From the NCBI GenBank assembly GCA_964016885.1, contig OZ024743.1, forward strand, positions 33,790,001 through 33,854,000: 64,000 nt of DNA. Reading direction: 5' to 3'. A program made the position numbers and the translations under genes. The stretch comes from Eledone cirrhosa. Lineage: Eukaryota. Every line of letters starts with the position of its first letter. Positions within the stretch are counted from its first letter, which is position 1. The notes under the pieces were generated by a model, which was not told the DNA's origin, made no database searches, and saw only the letters and a list, made by a program, of their open reading frames with translations. This document shows, one piece after another, positions 44,154 through 59,211 of this stretch.

Positions 44154-45803
44154 AGTCAATCTGGTTTTCGTGTTGGACGCGGCACTACTGATATGATCTT
44201 CTCAGCTAGACAGCTCCAGGAGAAGTGCATTGAACAGGGCTTGGATCTGTATCAGGTTTTTGTCGATCTGACAAAGGCTTTCGATACTGTCAACAGAGAT
44301 GCATTATGGAAGGTTCTCCAGAAACTTGGTTGCCCTGATAAGTTCCTTGCTTTAGTTAGGTCTTTCCATGACGACATGAAGGCTTGGGTTAATGTCGGAG
44401 GTAACATGTCGGAGCCTATCTCAGTAAAAAATGGAGTGAAACAGGGGGATATTCCAGCACCGACCCTGTTTGCCATATACTTTGCAATGGTTTTCTGTAT
44501 TGCATTCAGGAATTGCGAGCATGGTGTTTACATCCGATATCGAACCTCAGGCAGCATATTTAACATCAGGCGCTTTGCTGCGAAGACAAAAGTATTTACA
44601 TCAGTCATAAGAGACCTCTTGTATGCAGATGATTGCGATCTTGTAGCGCACACAGAGAGTGATATGCAGCACATTTTGAATGTATTTTCTGACGCTTGCA
44701 CTGCCCTGGGTTTGACTGTCAGTCTCAAGAAAACCGTCGTCATGTACCAACCTGCACCTGGTAGGCAGTACACTGAACCAAACATCTATGTGTATGGCAA
44801 ACGACTTGGAGTGGTTGATCAGTTTGTCTACCTGGGAAGCACTGTCAATCGATACGGCAACCTTGACAGTGAAATCTCACTTAGGATTAGGAAAGCAAGT
44901 GATGCTTTCGGAAAGCTAGAAAGGCGACTCTGGGGTCGGCGAGACATATGCAGGAGGACAAAGGTAAGGGTGTACAGGGCATGTGTACTCTCTTGTCTTC
45001 TTTATGCCTGCGAGACCTGGGTCACATATCGACGCCACCTTAAGCAATTGGAGCGTTTCCATCAGATGTGTCTCAGACGGATACATGGCGTTCGCTGGAG
45101 GGGCCACATCAGTGATGTCGAGATTTTGGAAAGCTCTATGTGTGACAGTATAGAAGCTCTTGTGCTTAAGCAGCGACTCCGTTGGAGTGGTCACCTTGCC
45201 AGGATGAAGGATTCTAGAATACCAAAACAACTCTTCTATGGAGAGTTGGTTAAAGGAAAACGACCGCCACATAAACCAAAAAAGAGGTATAAGAATTCCT
45301 TGAAGGCCTCTCTGAGAGACGCTAACATCTCTGCTGATACATGGGAAAATGTTGCTGCTGATCGTAATAAATGGAGAAAGACTGTATATGAGGGAAAAGT
45401 TGCCTTTGAGGCATCTCGAATCGCACACGAGAAAGTAAAGCGGGACGTGAGGAAGGGTATTGCTGTTGCACTTCCAGACGGCGAGGGTCCTCCTATGTTT
45501 CTGACATGCAGCGTCTGTGCGAGACTCTGCCTAAGCAAAGCTGGACTCGAAAGTCATCTTCGCAGTCATAAAGTAAGACCAGTGGTTGACTACCAGGCTG
45601 CTGTTGGAGATGCTACTCATCATGCTTGCCAAACATGTGGTAGAGAATGTAAATCAGCAGGAGGACTCAAGCGACATGCAAAAGTACACGAACTCCAACC
45701 ACAGCCGACTATTCCCAGTAAATGTTTTGGTTGCCGACTCTGTGCAAGACATTTTGGATCATTGGCTGGGCTAAAAAGCCACATTCGATCGCAGCACTGT
45801 TAG
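44154..45803 (+). CDS. RTE reverse transcriptase with three C-terminal C2H2 zinc fingers (partial)
   Basis: QSGFR, DLTKAFD, GVKQG, YADD, FVYLGS, YACETW, LRWSGH; CSVC..HLRSH, CQTC..HAKVH, CRLC..HIRSQH. Confidence 0.92.
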   Translation, partial: SQSGFRVGRGTTDMIFSARQLQEKCIEQGLDLYQVFVDLTKAFDTVNRDALWKVLQKLGCPDKFLALVRSFHDDMKAWVNVGGNMSEPISVKNGVKQGDIPAPTLFAIYFAMVFCIAFRNCEHGVYIRYRTSGSIFNIRRFAAKTKVFTSVIRDLLYADDCDLVAHTESDMQHILNVFSDACTALGLTVSLKKTVVMYQPAPGRQYTEPNIYVYGKRLGVVDQFVYLGSTVNRYGNLDSEISLRIRKASDAFGKLERRLWGRRDICRRTKVRVYRACVLSCLLYACETWVTYRRHLKQLERFHQMCLRRIHGVRWRGHISDVEILESSMCDSIEALVLKQRLRWSGHLARMKDSRIPKQLFYGELVKGKRPPHKPKKRYKNSLKASLRDANISADTWENVAADRNKWRKTVYEGKVAFEASRIAHEKVKRDVRKGIAVALPDGEGPPMFLTCSVCARLCLSKAGLESHLRSHKVRPVVDYQAAVGDATHHACQTCGRECKSAGGLKRHAKVHELQPQPTIPSKCFGCRLCARHFGSLAGLKSHIRSQHC

Positions 45804-45811
45804 TTGCTATC

Positions 45812-45855
<44 letters not shown>

Positions 45856-45934
45856 GCTTATGTGCGTGCGTGTGTGTGTATATATATATGAATATGTATA
45901 TTATTATTGTTGTTGTCGTTATTATTATTATTGC

Positions 45935-45977
<43 letters not shown>

Positions 45978-46087
45978 GTTATTAATGTATATGTGTGAGT
46001 GTATGTGTATGTATGTGTGTGTATATATGTATGTATGTGTATGTATGTGTGTGTGTATATATATGTGTATATATATATATGTGTATA

Positions 46088-46120
<33 letters not shown>

Positions 46121-46121
46121 C

Positions 46122-46187
<66 letters not shown>

Positions 46188-46299
46188 TTTTTTTTTATTT
46201 TTTTATTTTTTTTTTTTATTTTTTTTTTTATTTTTTTTATTTATTTATTTTTTTTTATTGTGCAATGGCCATACTCGATAACGAGGGGGCAGCCATCAT
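44154..46299 (+). mobile_element. 5'-truncated RTE/BovB-type LINE
   Basis: RT ORF, microsatellite-rich 3' UTR, terminal tggccatactcgataacgagggggcagccatcat + (GTAT)n. Confidence 0.92.
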
Positions 46300-47028
46300 G
46301 TATGTATATATGTATGTATGTATGTATGTATATATATATGTATGTATGTATATATATATGTATGTATGTATATATATATGTATGTATGTATATATGTATG
46401 TATGTATGTATATATGTATGTATGTATATATATATGTATGTATATATATATGTATGTATGTATATATATATATATGTATGTATATATATATATATGTATG
46501 TATATATATATATATGTATGTATATATATATATATGTATGTATGTATATATATGTATGTATGTATATATATATATGTATGTATATATATATATATGTATA
46601 TATATGTATGTATGTATATATGTATGTATGTATATATATATGTATGTATGTATATATATATGTATGTATGTATATATATATGTATGTATATATATATGTA
46701 TGTATGTATATATATATGTATGTATGTATGTATATATATATGTATGTATGTATATATGTATGTATATATGTATGTATGTATATATATATGTATATATGTA
46801 TGTATGTATATATATATGTATATATGTATTTATGTATATATATATGTATATATGTATTTATGTATATATATATGTATATATGTATGTATATATATATCTG
46901 TATGTATATATATGTATGTATGTATGTTTGTATATATATATATATATATATATATGTTTGTGTATATATATATATGTTTGTACATATATATATATGTATG
47001 TATGTATGTATATATATATGTATGTATG

Positions 47029-47071
<43 letters not shown>

Positions 47072-47077
47072 GTATAC

Positions 47078-47115
<38 letters not shown>

Positions 47116-47122
47116 GTATGTG

Positions 47123-47155
<33 letters not shown>

Positions 47156-47162
47156 GTATGTG

Positions 47163-47193
<31 letters not shown>

Positions 47194-47200
47194 GTATGTG

Positions 47201-47235
<35 letters not shown>

Positions 47236-47242
47236 GTATGTG

Positions 47243-47403
<161 letters not shown>

Positions 47404-47406
47404 GTG

Positions 47407-47523
<117 letters not shown>

Positions 47524-47526
47524 GTG

Positions 47527-47561
<35 letters not shown>

Positions 47562-47570
47562 GTGTATATG

Positions 47571-47691
<121 letters not shown>

Positions 47692-47724
47692 GTGTATATA
47701 TATATATATATATGTATGTATGTG

Positions 47725-47757
<33 letters not shown>

Positions 47758-47758
47758 G

Positions 47759-47791
<33 letters not shown>

Positions 47792-47824
47792 GTGTATATA
47801 TATATATATATATGTATGTATGTG

Positions 47825-47855
<31 letters not shown>

Positions 47856-48270
47856 GTGTATATATATATATGTATATGTATGTATGTATATATATATATG
47901 TATGTATGTATATATATATATGCATGTATGTATATATATATATGTATGTATGTATGTATATATATATATGCATGTATGTATATATATATGTATGTATGTA
48001 TATATATATATGTATGTATGTATGTATATATATGTATGTATGTATATATATATATGTATGTATATATATATATGTATGTATATATATATGTATGTATGTA
48101 TATATATATGTATGTATATATATATGTATGTATATATATATATATATGTATGTATGTATGTATATGTATGTATGTATGTATATGTATGTATGTATGTATG
48201 TATGTATATATATATATGTATGTATGTATATATATATATATATGTATGTATGTATATATATATATGTATG

Positions 48271-48301
<31 letters not shown>

Positions 48302-48347
48302 ATATATATATATGTATGTATATATATATATATGTATGTATGTATGT

Positions 48348-48381
<34 letters not shown>

Positions 48382-48540
48382 GTATATGTATGTATGTATG
48401 TATGTATATATATATATATATATATGTATGTATATATATATATGTATGTATGTATATATATATATATATATATGTATGTATATATATATATATATGTATG
48501 TATATATATATATATATGTATGTATATATGTATGTATATA

Positions 48541-48995
48541 TCATCATCATCATCAGGTTTAGCGTCCGTGTTCCACGCTTGCATGGGTTTGGACGGGGGT
48601 TTTCCCACTTGAGGCAAGAGTGGTTGTCTTGCTCGCATAGGAGTGTCTGGCGGGTTTTCTACAGTTGGATGCCCTTCCTAACACCAACCACATTTACAGT
48701 GTGGGGCTGGGAGGTTTTTACCGTGTTGCCTACACGGCCACATTACAGTGTGGACTGTCTGGCGGGTTTTTTACAGCTGGATGCCCTTCCTAACACCAAA
48801 CACATTTACAGTGTGGGGCTGGGAGGTTTTTACCGTGTTGCCTACACGGCCACATTTACAGCGTGGACTGTGTGTTTTTTTGTCGTGACACCTACACGAT
48901 CTCATTTGTTTCGGCCTGGATGTTGTGGGACCAACATAACTGTACATTGAAAGGGGCGGTGTGGATGTGGTGGAGGTGGTGGGACGGGGGGGTGT
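48541..48995 (-). mobile_element. 3' UTR fragment of the PHD-RTE family with internal ~113-bp duplication
   Basis: Reverse complement of ~27800-28157; the ggatgcccttcctaacacca block occurs twice. Confidence 0.85.
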
Positions 48996-49004
48996 TTTGA
49001 TAGA

Positions 49005-49240
49005 GAATTTCTGTACACAAATTTTCTGTCTGTAGGATAAATATTTAACCAATATATATATATATATATATACACATACATATATATATATACAAACATA
49101 TATATATATATATATATATGTTTGTATGTATATATATATATATATATATGTTTGTATATATATATATATGTTTGTATATAATATATATGTTTGTATATAT
49201 ATATATATATATATATATGTTTGTATATAATATATATGTT

Positions 49241-49274
<34 letters not shown>

Positions 49275-49361
49275 TGTATATATATATATGTATGTTTATA
49301 TATATATATATATATTGGTTAAATATTTGTCCTACAGACAGAAAATTTGTGTACAGAAATT
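49005..49361. repeat. ~47-bp inverted repeat enclosing microsatellite
   Basis: gaatttctgtacacaaattttctgtctgtaggataaatatttaaccaa and its reverse complement at 49316-49361 (one mismatch). Confidence 0.9.
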
Positions 49362-50094
49362 CCCATTTCTCAACTTAATTAAATATTCAAATAACTTAGG
49401 TTCCATTTGCAGAACCTCAATGATTTATTTCCTTTATATGTACATACATTATCATAAGTGTATTTTGTATATATTTACTCACATTTGCATATGCCTCTGT
49501 GTGTGTGTGTATATACACTCACACACACAAACACATTTACTTGCATTTCTAAATGTTGACATCGATATACAACATATGCTTTTCTTTTAATAAATAATCC
49601 TTTTTACATTTACATTACTCCTTCCACTCTATTTTCTTGATTCTCTCACAATGTCTTGTTCTCTCAGTTTTTGTTTCCCTTTATCAAATCTCTGTCATCC
49701 TTTAACACCCCCCCACCCCCATCCTCACACTTCCTCAAAAGGGCAGTTTCCCTACATTTATATCTATATTGATTCAGGAAATTTAATTTTGTGATAATCA
49801 ATCTAGAGTTGTGCTTATACAAAAAGCATGTTCTACAACTGTAGATGTTCACAGAAAAGGTGCATGTATATTTCCTATCCACTGACATAATATTGAATCA
49901 TCATCATCTGTCTATTTCCCATGCTTGCAGGATTGTTTATTCAATATGAAATTCTGGAAAACATGTAGAATATCTAATTTTTTATCTTAATGAATAAACA
50001 TAACTAAAGAAAAATCCAAAAGTAAGGCATAAAATGAACTGTTTAAAATAAAAGTAGGCTTTTGTCAAGTTTATTAACATAGGTTACTGGCTCT

Positions 50095-50425
50095 GAAGTG
50101 TCATGAACATTAATCAGTATACACTGAGGACGAAGAACTCAGAGCTGTACGAGAGTCTCCCAAAAGTCAGCTCGAGAGTAACACAGAGGAGAATGAGGTT
50201 AGCTGGACATGCTCAATGACATTGAGTTGACACTGCACTCAGTGCTCCTGTGGTAGCCCCAACATAGACATACTAGAAGATGGAAACTGAGGTTGACATA
50301 TATTGATGCCCTAAGAACAGACACTGGTCTCTGGGAGACGCAGGACATGGCGGCGATGATGAAGGACAGAGACTGCTGGAGAGAACTCGTCCATGGATCT
50401 CTGGAATTTTACCCAACCTAGATAG
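50095..50425 (+). pseudogene. Decayed RTE-like LINE 3' end
   Basis: Translatable remnants RMRLAGH and MMKDRDCWR. Confidence 0.6.
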
Positions 50426-50709
50426 ATTGCAAAACATTTGTTTTATATTATGTCTACTTTTAAGGTTCTTGTGAATGGAGCAGTAAAATTTAAAATGCTT
50501 TCAAAATTAATTTTCACTAAATATAATGAAACAAACACGTGTTAAATTATGTAAGATATTATTTTAAGGGGTATAATTTGGCAGATGCATATAGATTTGT
50601 ATGTGTGAGCATAAGTATGTTTAAATATCTGTATTTGTGTTTACGTCAAGAGTTTAATCTGTTATCAGATGTACCTCTACTACTAAAGGTTATTATTAAA
50701 TTTGTTTGT

Positions 50710-50888
50710 GGATTGGCAGTATCGGTAGAGGGTCAGATGCCATGCTTTGACGCTTAGTTATGGCCGTTTCCATTCTGAGTTCAAATCCTGCCAAGTTTAA
50801 CTTTGCCTTTCATCCTTACAGGGGTCGATAAAATAAAGTACCAGTAATGCACTGGGTAATTGCTGGCCTTGTGCCACAAGTAGAAACA
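50710..50888 (+). mobile_element. tRNA-derived SINE family B (Nin/Deu-like body)
   Basis: B-box GAGTTCAAATCC; gcctttcatcctt..ggggtcgataaaataaagtaccag; 20-bp TSD ttattattaaatttgtttgt (50690-50709 / 50889-50908). Confidence 0.9.
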
Positions 50889-53800
50889 TTATTATTAAAT
50901 TTGTTTGTATATATAGTGTAATCTGTTGATCTCCCACACTATTTTCTCTCAAATTTTGTCTCCCTTATCAATTCTCTTTATCCCTCTCTAACATTTCCCT
51001 GAAAACCGTTATGCACACACATGTTCTCTCTCCTTTGCTTATCTCTTCCTCGACTTTGATCAAGACAGATCTGGGATCAAGTGGATGTCAATAGTTCAGG
51101 TTTTTAAGCATTTGAAGATGGTGTCAAGAATGATGTAAGATCTAATTATATAGAAAAAATATTTTCTCTGGGACTTGTCAACCAATTTATAAATAATATT
51201 GTGGAGGATAGATCAATGTTTTAGTACACTTCTCATCCCACTTTCTATACAGCGAGGTTTTCCAACTGAAGTGTTGTGTTTCATTGGACAGTGTCAGTGA
51301 AAGCTGCTAGTCAAGAGAGTGACCCTTTAAAAGATTTTGTGGCAAGTTCAATGCAGCTATTTGAGGCTACTTCAATTATGTTTGTGCCAGAAATCTTATT
51401 TGTCATTTAGCTTTACCAGACTTTTCATTGCCTATAATAGAAGCATACAGATGTGCCACACACACACACACTCACATACATACATATATAATATAGATAT
51501 ACAAATACAAAGATATTGCCTTCACATGGCTTCCTAAATCATATTTTTTGGAAATTATATTTAATATTCATTCAATTTCTTTTTTTCTGAAAATGTATTT
51601 TATCTTGGAGATTGGTTTAAAACAAAGCAGATGTATTATTAATATATATTTCTTTGAAATTTCTCATTAAATGTTATTTTAAATCCTCTTTCATCCTGAA
51701 CATAAAATATTTTTTCTGCTTTAGTTTAAGAAAATATTTCCAGTTTACTTGCTTTTATAATGTTTTGTTGTATTTTTGTGGTTGGTTTTCTGTTTTTTTT
51801 TTTTCTCTGAAAATTTTTGATAAAATATTTAAATTTCTAATGATATACACATCTTATACGTACATCAGTAAATGATTTGTTTATCACAAGTTTGAGATAA
51901 TTCTATGTATGCCATTCAAATATTCAAGTGAAGTAAATTACTGTAATTTTTAATAAATAAGCACACTCAGGTGCCAAATAGGTCATTTTTTAATGTTATT
52001 GAAACTTTAACATATGAACTAGCAAAGTACTATATGGCTACTTGGATTGGTGTATTTATGTGTGTGTATATAATTGTTTATTATTAACATTTAATCAATC
52101 ACATATTAACTCTAAATCATTCACAACCAATTCTATTTTTTTAGCATGCACCTGGAGTATGTATAATACTTTTTACTTCCCTTCACATAAACACACACAC
52201 ACATATATATACTACATTATATGCATGCATACATCTGTCTACATACTTATGTATGTATGTATATGTAAAGTAGCATTCCCCCTGCATAATCTTATAATCA
52301 TGAACTTTATAGTAAATAAACATATGGAAAAAATAATAATCTAGGCAAATTAAAAACTTTATACAAAGCATGAATATGTTTTGTACATTAGAGTTGTAAC
52401 TCGACATAAGAATTAAACATATACATACATATCATTACATATACATACATATAATTTCATGTATTTTGGTTTTATTTTGCATGAATATACAAATATATTT
52501 TCTGTTAATTTTGTTGTTGCTTTTTTCTTTTCCAAAATTAAACTCTTATAATTAACATTTGGTGTATTGTTTTGTTCTTATTTTGTGCTAATGAAGCATC
52601 AAATGTTAACACAGAAATGCTTTTATCTTTTAAAAAAAAAACAATGTACAAAATTAACATACTTGCATAATATTTGTTGTTTTGTTTTAAACATGTTTTA
52701 ATGTTTGATGTTTTGTGTATATTTGTTTATTTTGTAAAAAAAAAAATTCCGTTTTTTGGCATTGGTTCTGTTTTTATTTTGTGTCATCTTTAGAATGAAC
52801 TTCCGGTTTGTATTGTTTTGTTATCATTACATATTGCATAATTTATCGATTAGTTCATATTTTTATGAATTTTAAATGATTTTAGTACAAGTTTCAACCT
52901 TAAATCTTTTATTTAGAACCTCAGTTGTTATGAATTTAGTGATAATTATTATAAAAACTCTTTAACTAAAATATCTTTTTAGGGTTATATTGTTAAAGTA
53001 TGAATTATTGGATAAAGAAACTATCAGAAAGAGAATTATTTATAAATACAGGACTTTTTAAAACGTTATTAGGAGTAGTAAGGGCAGACTAATGATGTTG
53101 ATGTTGTTCAATAACTTTAATATCTGTCAGTCAGTGTTTATATGAAAAAATTAGGTGGGGTGAGAATTCCATAGTAACTCTATTTTAAGGATGAAGGATT
53201 TAGTAAAATATTTGGTTTGGAGTCTGGGAAGGGATGATCAGTGGAGCACATAGGCCTAGAAAAGGTCTGGAGATAACTATTTCAGGAAATCAGAAGTCAT
53301 TGTAGCACTAACAGATAAGGTAAAAAGAGGAAATATTACATCTTTAAGGTAGTTTTTGTCAATCAACCAAATAGCTTTCTTTTGGATTCAGTCATGGATA
53401 TTAGTGTGTGAAACTACAACACCAACCCATATATGCCAGTAATTCTCTTGGGTGAGTCTTCTTTCAATTTTGTTGAAAGCTAGCAACTGATCAAGGTTGA
53501 AATAATCCCTAGATCTAAAGTTTTATGATGTAGTTTGCAAGATATTATATATGTAGTGTCATCATGAGAGTTCTTCAGACATTGAGATGCTTAGCATTTT
53601 AATTATCTATTGTTTTGCGTTTTAATTATTGATTGTTCATGATTAGTGTTTTAAGGTACTAGAGTGTCTTGTTGATATGTGTCGTGAAGGGCTCTGTCAT
53701 GTCCTCATTGAAGGGTGTCAAGAATTTTGCTCACAGATTCAATGTATATCTTGCATGAAGGTATTTAGATTGTGTTTAGATAATGTCTGGATATAGTAGG

Positions 53801-54914
53801 TGAAAAGGCTAAGTGTATCATTTGAATTATGATAGAGATATTTATGCATATAACTATTTTTTTTTATTTTGAAAACACTATATTAGTATTTTATCCCATA
53901 TGCTATGTCAATTTATTATACAAATTACATATTTAAAAACAATTCTTTACAACTTATTGTTATTCAAAATGGTTATAACTTTCTACTAAATAAATAAAAT
54001 ATTTGATGACTCATTTCTATTATGTGTCATGTAATAATGAGATTTCAATTCAGGTTTTTAATTTTATTTGTAGCACTTTAATATAGGCAGTTAGGTGCAG
54101 TTTGATGCTTAAAGGGTTAATATAAGCTTTCCAGTAAAGATTGTTGGAGATGAGCAGTTGTTTTAAAGAGGATCATATAAGTTAGATGTTCAAAAGAAAT
54201 GAAAATGAGATGCAAATCTTCCTTCATGAAAGAAATCTGTACTTTGTTATACTAATATTTACTCTCTTTATCTCCTCCATGCTGTTGTGTCTATATTGTT
54301 ACATCATACATTGTTCTCAGTTAATGTCTAACACTAAAGAAAATCTTACTTTTGAAAGATTTTGAAGTTGCCAGTTGTGCTTTGTTCAGAAATGATTGGT
54401 GATGGAAACTGTGTAGAAGCCCCATACTGGGGGGTTCATATGACTGACTAGATCCCTTCAATGTGGTATTTAATCATAGCCACAGGCTAATGACTGAAAC
54501 CAGAAACCATTAAAAGGACATGAATATATGTTGGGAAAATAGGAGCTAGAGAAGCATCCTGGATGAACTACATAGAAAGGATAAAGAATTGTTAAACATT
54601 CTAACAATAAAAGTGTTATTAGCAGAATATTACAATCTTCATGATCAATGTGGCATTTTATTGCTGAATTAATAACAAAAGCGATTTCATCCATTGTTAT
54701 GGCTGTACTCTATAAAGAGTTGATAACAAAGATGAATGTGAGAAAATGGGTTCTGTCATATGTAATCTATATATGGATTGATAACTAAAGAGTCTTAAGT
54801 TAAAACTCTGTTGTGGCTTGTATAATTTTGCAGAACATTTAACTCTTAATGTTTCTGATTTTAAGTCATTCTATGACTATTTAGTTTATTGCTTACCAAT
54901 ATTTGTTCTGGCCT

Positions 54915-54992
54915 TCTGCACTCTGAGTTCAAATCCCATTGAGGTCAACTTTTGCTTATAACCTTTTGCTGTCGATGAATAAAATACCAGTC
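54915..54992 (+). mobile_element. SINE family B fragment
   Basis: ctctgagttcaaatccc..gaggtcaacttt...gtcgatgaataaaataccag. Confidence 0.7.
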
Positions 54993-57139
54993 CAGGCGTG
55001 AAGGTTTGATGCATTCCAGCTCTGTGCATTCTAAGTTGAAATCCTACCTCCTCCTGCTAGGAGTTGCAATCAGCAGATAGTATCAGCAATGAAAAGATCA
55101 ACAGAAACATGGTGTGATATCTTTAGTTCGATCTGACGATTGTCTCATGTATATTTTTAGTATATTATGTGCTACAAGTTTGTTTGATAAAACCATTAAC
55201 TAATTATCTATTTGTTCTAACATTATTTGGCCAGAGTTGGCTATTCAGATATTTCATTCATACTTGGAAATTTCAATCCATCTGTCAAATAACTGCTGAT
55301 TTTGTTTCAGTGTATTTGTTATATTATTAACTATACTCTTGTTTTGCTTATCAATGAATTAATCTAAATAACATCTAATTTTCTATTGGAATTGGTAAAT
55401 TCAATTATATTACTATGTATATATTATGATTAAGTAATGGAACTATTAGAGCAAGGCCTCTTCATTATATAATGGATGACTAAATCCTCAATACATTCCA
55501 CTGATTTATTCCCAACTCTGACCCCTAGTGATCTATAAATAATATATATGAACAAAGGTTAAGTGGCGAAGTACAATGGACCAAAATATATCTCTGTTTC
55601 TCTTTGAACATACTTCAGTATAATGTCATTGTTTCTTTCTTATTTTGTTTTCATAGTTTATATGATGCTACAACTATTTAACATTGAGTTGAAGTAATTC
55701 TTTCTCACACACAAATGGTTAATATTGAATTCTATTCCAGTTTTCAGGGTATTTTGTTTGCTACTGTATAGTTTTCGACTTCGATAAAATTTCTAAAGAA
55801 ATTTCAGAAATATGCTAGAAAGAATTCAGAATACAAATCTAATAAGTTCATTTAATTTTGTTTTATCAAATAATGGCATGCTTTTCAATTATGTTGGTTG
55901 TTTTCTTTATAGAACATATTTGAATAATTTTTGTGTATATGTGTACCTATTGGTGTGTGTATATGTGTAAGTGTTTGCTATATACCTACATACATAGCTA
56001 AAGGGTAGTTATTTGCATTGAAACTACTGATATATGATGATATAAAAAAAGTGTATGTATTTTGTATTCGTAGCTATGTAAATAAACTAATATTTTGTTT
56101 TCACAAAATAAAGTTGCATTATAAATCAGGCTTTTAGTTTATTTCTCATTGCTTATGTTCATAAGTGCTGCACTTAAAATTTGTATGAGACCTAACACTA
56201 CCAACTAGTCTTGAAATGATGTATGTGAGTTTTCTTGTTTGAGGATTGAATTAAATATTTTTAACCCTTTCACGATCATATTTCTAATGAGATTGTCTAT
56301 GATTTTCAAATAGTTTTGAAAATAACCAAGTTTGGAAGGATTTAGTAATATAACTAACTTTCTCAATATTAAACTGGTGTTTAGAGCATTATTTAACAAG
56401 GGTTTTAACATAAAGTTATGTTGAAAGGCTTTTAGATAAACAGCTTTGTATCATAGAGCTAAGATCCTTAAAATAACAATTGACTATAGCATTTTTGATC
56501 TATGATGTTCTGTATATTTGTTACTTTTATGATAGGCATTACTTTTTAATAAGAGTGGAGCTGTTGTTTAATAACATATTCCAAAAGTATTTTGAAAACT
56601 GCTCAAACTTCATAGATGGAGTGACGATTGTGTAACATCATGTTTCTTAACATTTTCTCATATTTAAACAAACACACACATTTACATTAGTGTTTATACA
56701 AAAGTATTTAGGATATGTATTAATTGATATAGAAATGTTTGGTTTATCACACACACAGTATTCAATTGGTCATGTGCTCATTTCTAAGAATAATGTGATT
56801 GTATAAACAACCATATATAAAATCACATTAGCTGAATTAATTGAATACTTTTAAAATTATATTTTGATAAAGGTTCATTTCATACTAATGCCATTTTTTA
56901 CCATTTTAATTTTACAAATAGAACATTTTCAAATGTAAAATCTTCATGCAAAATATGCCAAATAAGGTTAAGTTTGAATATGTAGAAATACAGGTTTTAC
57001 AGGCAAGAGATCCAGGGATTGACCCTGTGCAAGATGGTTGGATAACATCCAAGAGATTTGATGATCTTGTTTGGGGATCCAGTCAGATCAATTGCTGAGA
57101 AATATCTAACCAAATAAAAAATAAATAAAAATAAAATCA

Positions 57140-58031
57140 ATGGTAAAATGGGAGTAGTCTTATATTCAAGGTCAATATTTTGTCAATTTTCACCAAATTC
57201 AAATTTATGTAAATAAAGTGTTAAATATCTGAATGAAGAGGATGAGGAGTAATCTGGTTTTGATGAAAGCCTCATATCTGATTGGGATCAGGAGGAGAAA
57301 ATTACTCACAAAGAATGCTTACAGCTTTTTGGAGACTCAGATGACTCAGATTTTGAAGGATTTGATATTGAAAATAATTGTTTCTACTTTTGGCACAAGG
57401 CCAGCAATTATTCCAGTGCATTACTGGTACTTTATTTTATCGACCCCGTAAGGATGAAAGGCAAAGTTAACCTCGGCGGGATTTGAACTCAGATCATAAA
57501 GAGAGGTAACTCTATGCTTCAAAGCATGGCGTCCAACCCTTACCGATACTGCCAATCCACCGCCCTATTTAATATTGAAAATAATGTGAATTAGTGTTTT
57601 CAATAATTCTGTGAATGTTATATATAAAGTTTTTTTTTTTTTTGCACAAGCTTTTATTTACCTATTGTACAATATGTGTGTATCAAGTTAATTGCTCTTG
57701 TTTCACATTAGAGGTGAAATGTGTGTTTTTCCTATGGTTTTTGATGTATTTTGAATTATTCTAACCTTCAAAATCATTGAAAATTATTCGTTTTTTGGGG
57801 GGTGTTTTTTAGTTAACACAAAGTTACGTAATGTAGTTTAAAAAATAACTATACTCTAAATGGTACTTAAGAAATTTTAAATATCAAAACTTCATAAGTA
57901 TATTCTCCACTGTGCCATCTAAACGTGTTGATTAGCTGCCTTGGCTTAAAAATGGGGTTAGGATTTTTACCCATTTCTTAGATATAAAATAGGGTTATAT
58001 TTGAATCGACTTTATTTAAATATATATGGTA
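57140..58031 (+). mobile_element. Old pogo/Tigger-like DNA transposon remnant
   Basis: Acidic C-terminal remnant LFGDSDDSDFEGF* (57325-57364) and a terminus cgactttat..atatatggta; boundaries uncertain. Confidence 0.4.
57379..57571 (-). mobile_element. SINE family B
   Basis: Reverse complement of the 61758 copy; 14-bp TSD atattgaaaataat (57365-57378 / 57572-57585). Confidence 0.9.
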
Positions 58032-59211
58032 AATATTAGTATAGCATTAAATCCTACTGAAGTTTTTTTTATATAATGCTGTTTTTTTTTTTTAGATAAA
58101 TATAAATACTTTAAAATAAACAACTGTATATTTTAGAACCAGGCAAATTTGTATCAAAACTGTTCATGAAATATTTTCTAGATAAAACATTTTTCAGAGC
58201 TTTTTATTTGAGAGTGTGTTACTAAACTACTGTTTTATTATTGTTTTGTTTGTTGTTAAGATTATTGATGTGTATCAGGAATATTTTATATTATGAACAT
58301 GAAAATGTTTTGTTTCAGTTTTCAGTCTCTTGTGAAAGTATAAAGTTTTCCACTAATGTTTTTCATTGTTTTACAGATTCAATTGTTATCTGTTATATTT
58401 GTATTTATATGGACTTCTCTTGTATTTTACTTTCTAATGATGATGATGATAGTCACTAGTTTCACTAAATTTGTTCTTTTAAAACAATTCAAATTTCCCC
58501 CTTTCTATACAGACTATCACTTCAAATGTTGTGTCAGTCAATCTTAATGTTATTTATCATTTATATGATTTGTAACAAGTTGAAAATGTTGTTATTGCTA
58601 AGCTGTTGTTTTAGTATCTATGCTATAAATCTTGAGATGAAGCAAGGTCAATTTGGTATCATTCAAAGCTAACTCAATCTTAAAATATTGAATGCAAATA
58701 AATCTTTATTTCTAAACAATAAAAGAGCCATTTGTTTAGAGTTTTAAACATCTATGAACATACAGATTTGTTTAAGTTTGCTATTTATTCTTTAAAAAAA
58801 ATGTATATATATTTATAACAAACTCATTGTTTTATAATATATAAATAGCAAGTTACGAAATACTTTTCTCAGTTAAAATGTTAAATAATTTTACTTAACT
58901 CATCATCAAAGTAAAGATTATCATTTAATGATAGATTTATGATTAAAGTGATATATTTTCTATATAAATGGAAATATATAAATATATTTATTGGTCTGCT
59001 GCTGTATATATTGGCAAATGAATTACTTTGTTCCTGCATGTATAATTTATCATTAAAGACACCAATGCAGTAAATTATCTGTTAATACATGTTTCACTAT
59101 TATAGTCTATCAATCAATATATACTTTAACAAAGTTGAATGTTAATCATTACACAATCTCACTCACACATATATTTCCTCACATTCACTCTGCCCTCATC
59201 ATTTTCATGCT

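Noticed and set aside
51251-51310. Possible host terminal exon after a polypyrimidine-CAG acceptor
   Set aside because: Only 15-18 codons with no recognisable protein; needs RNA-seq
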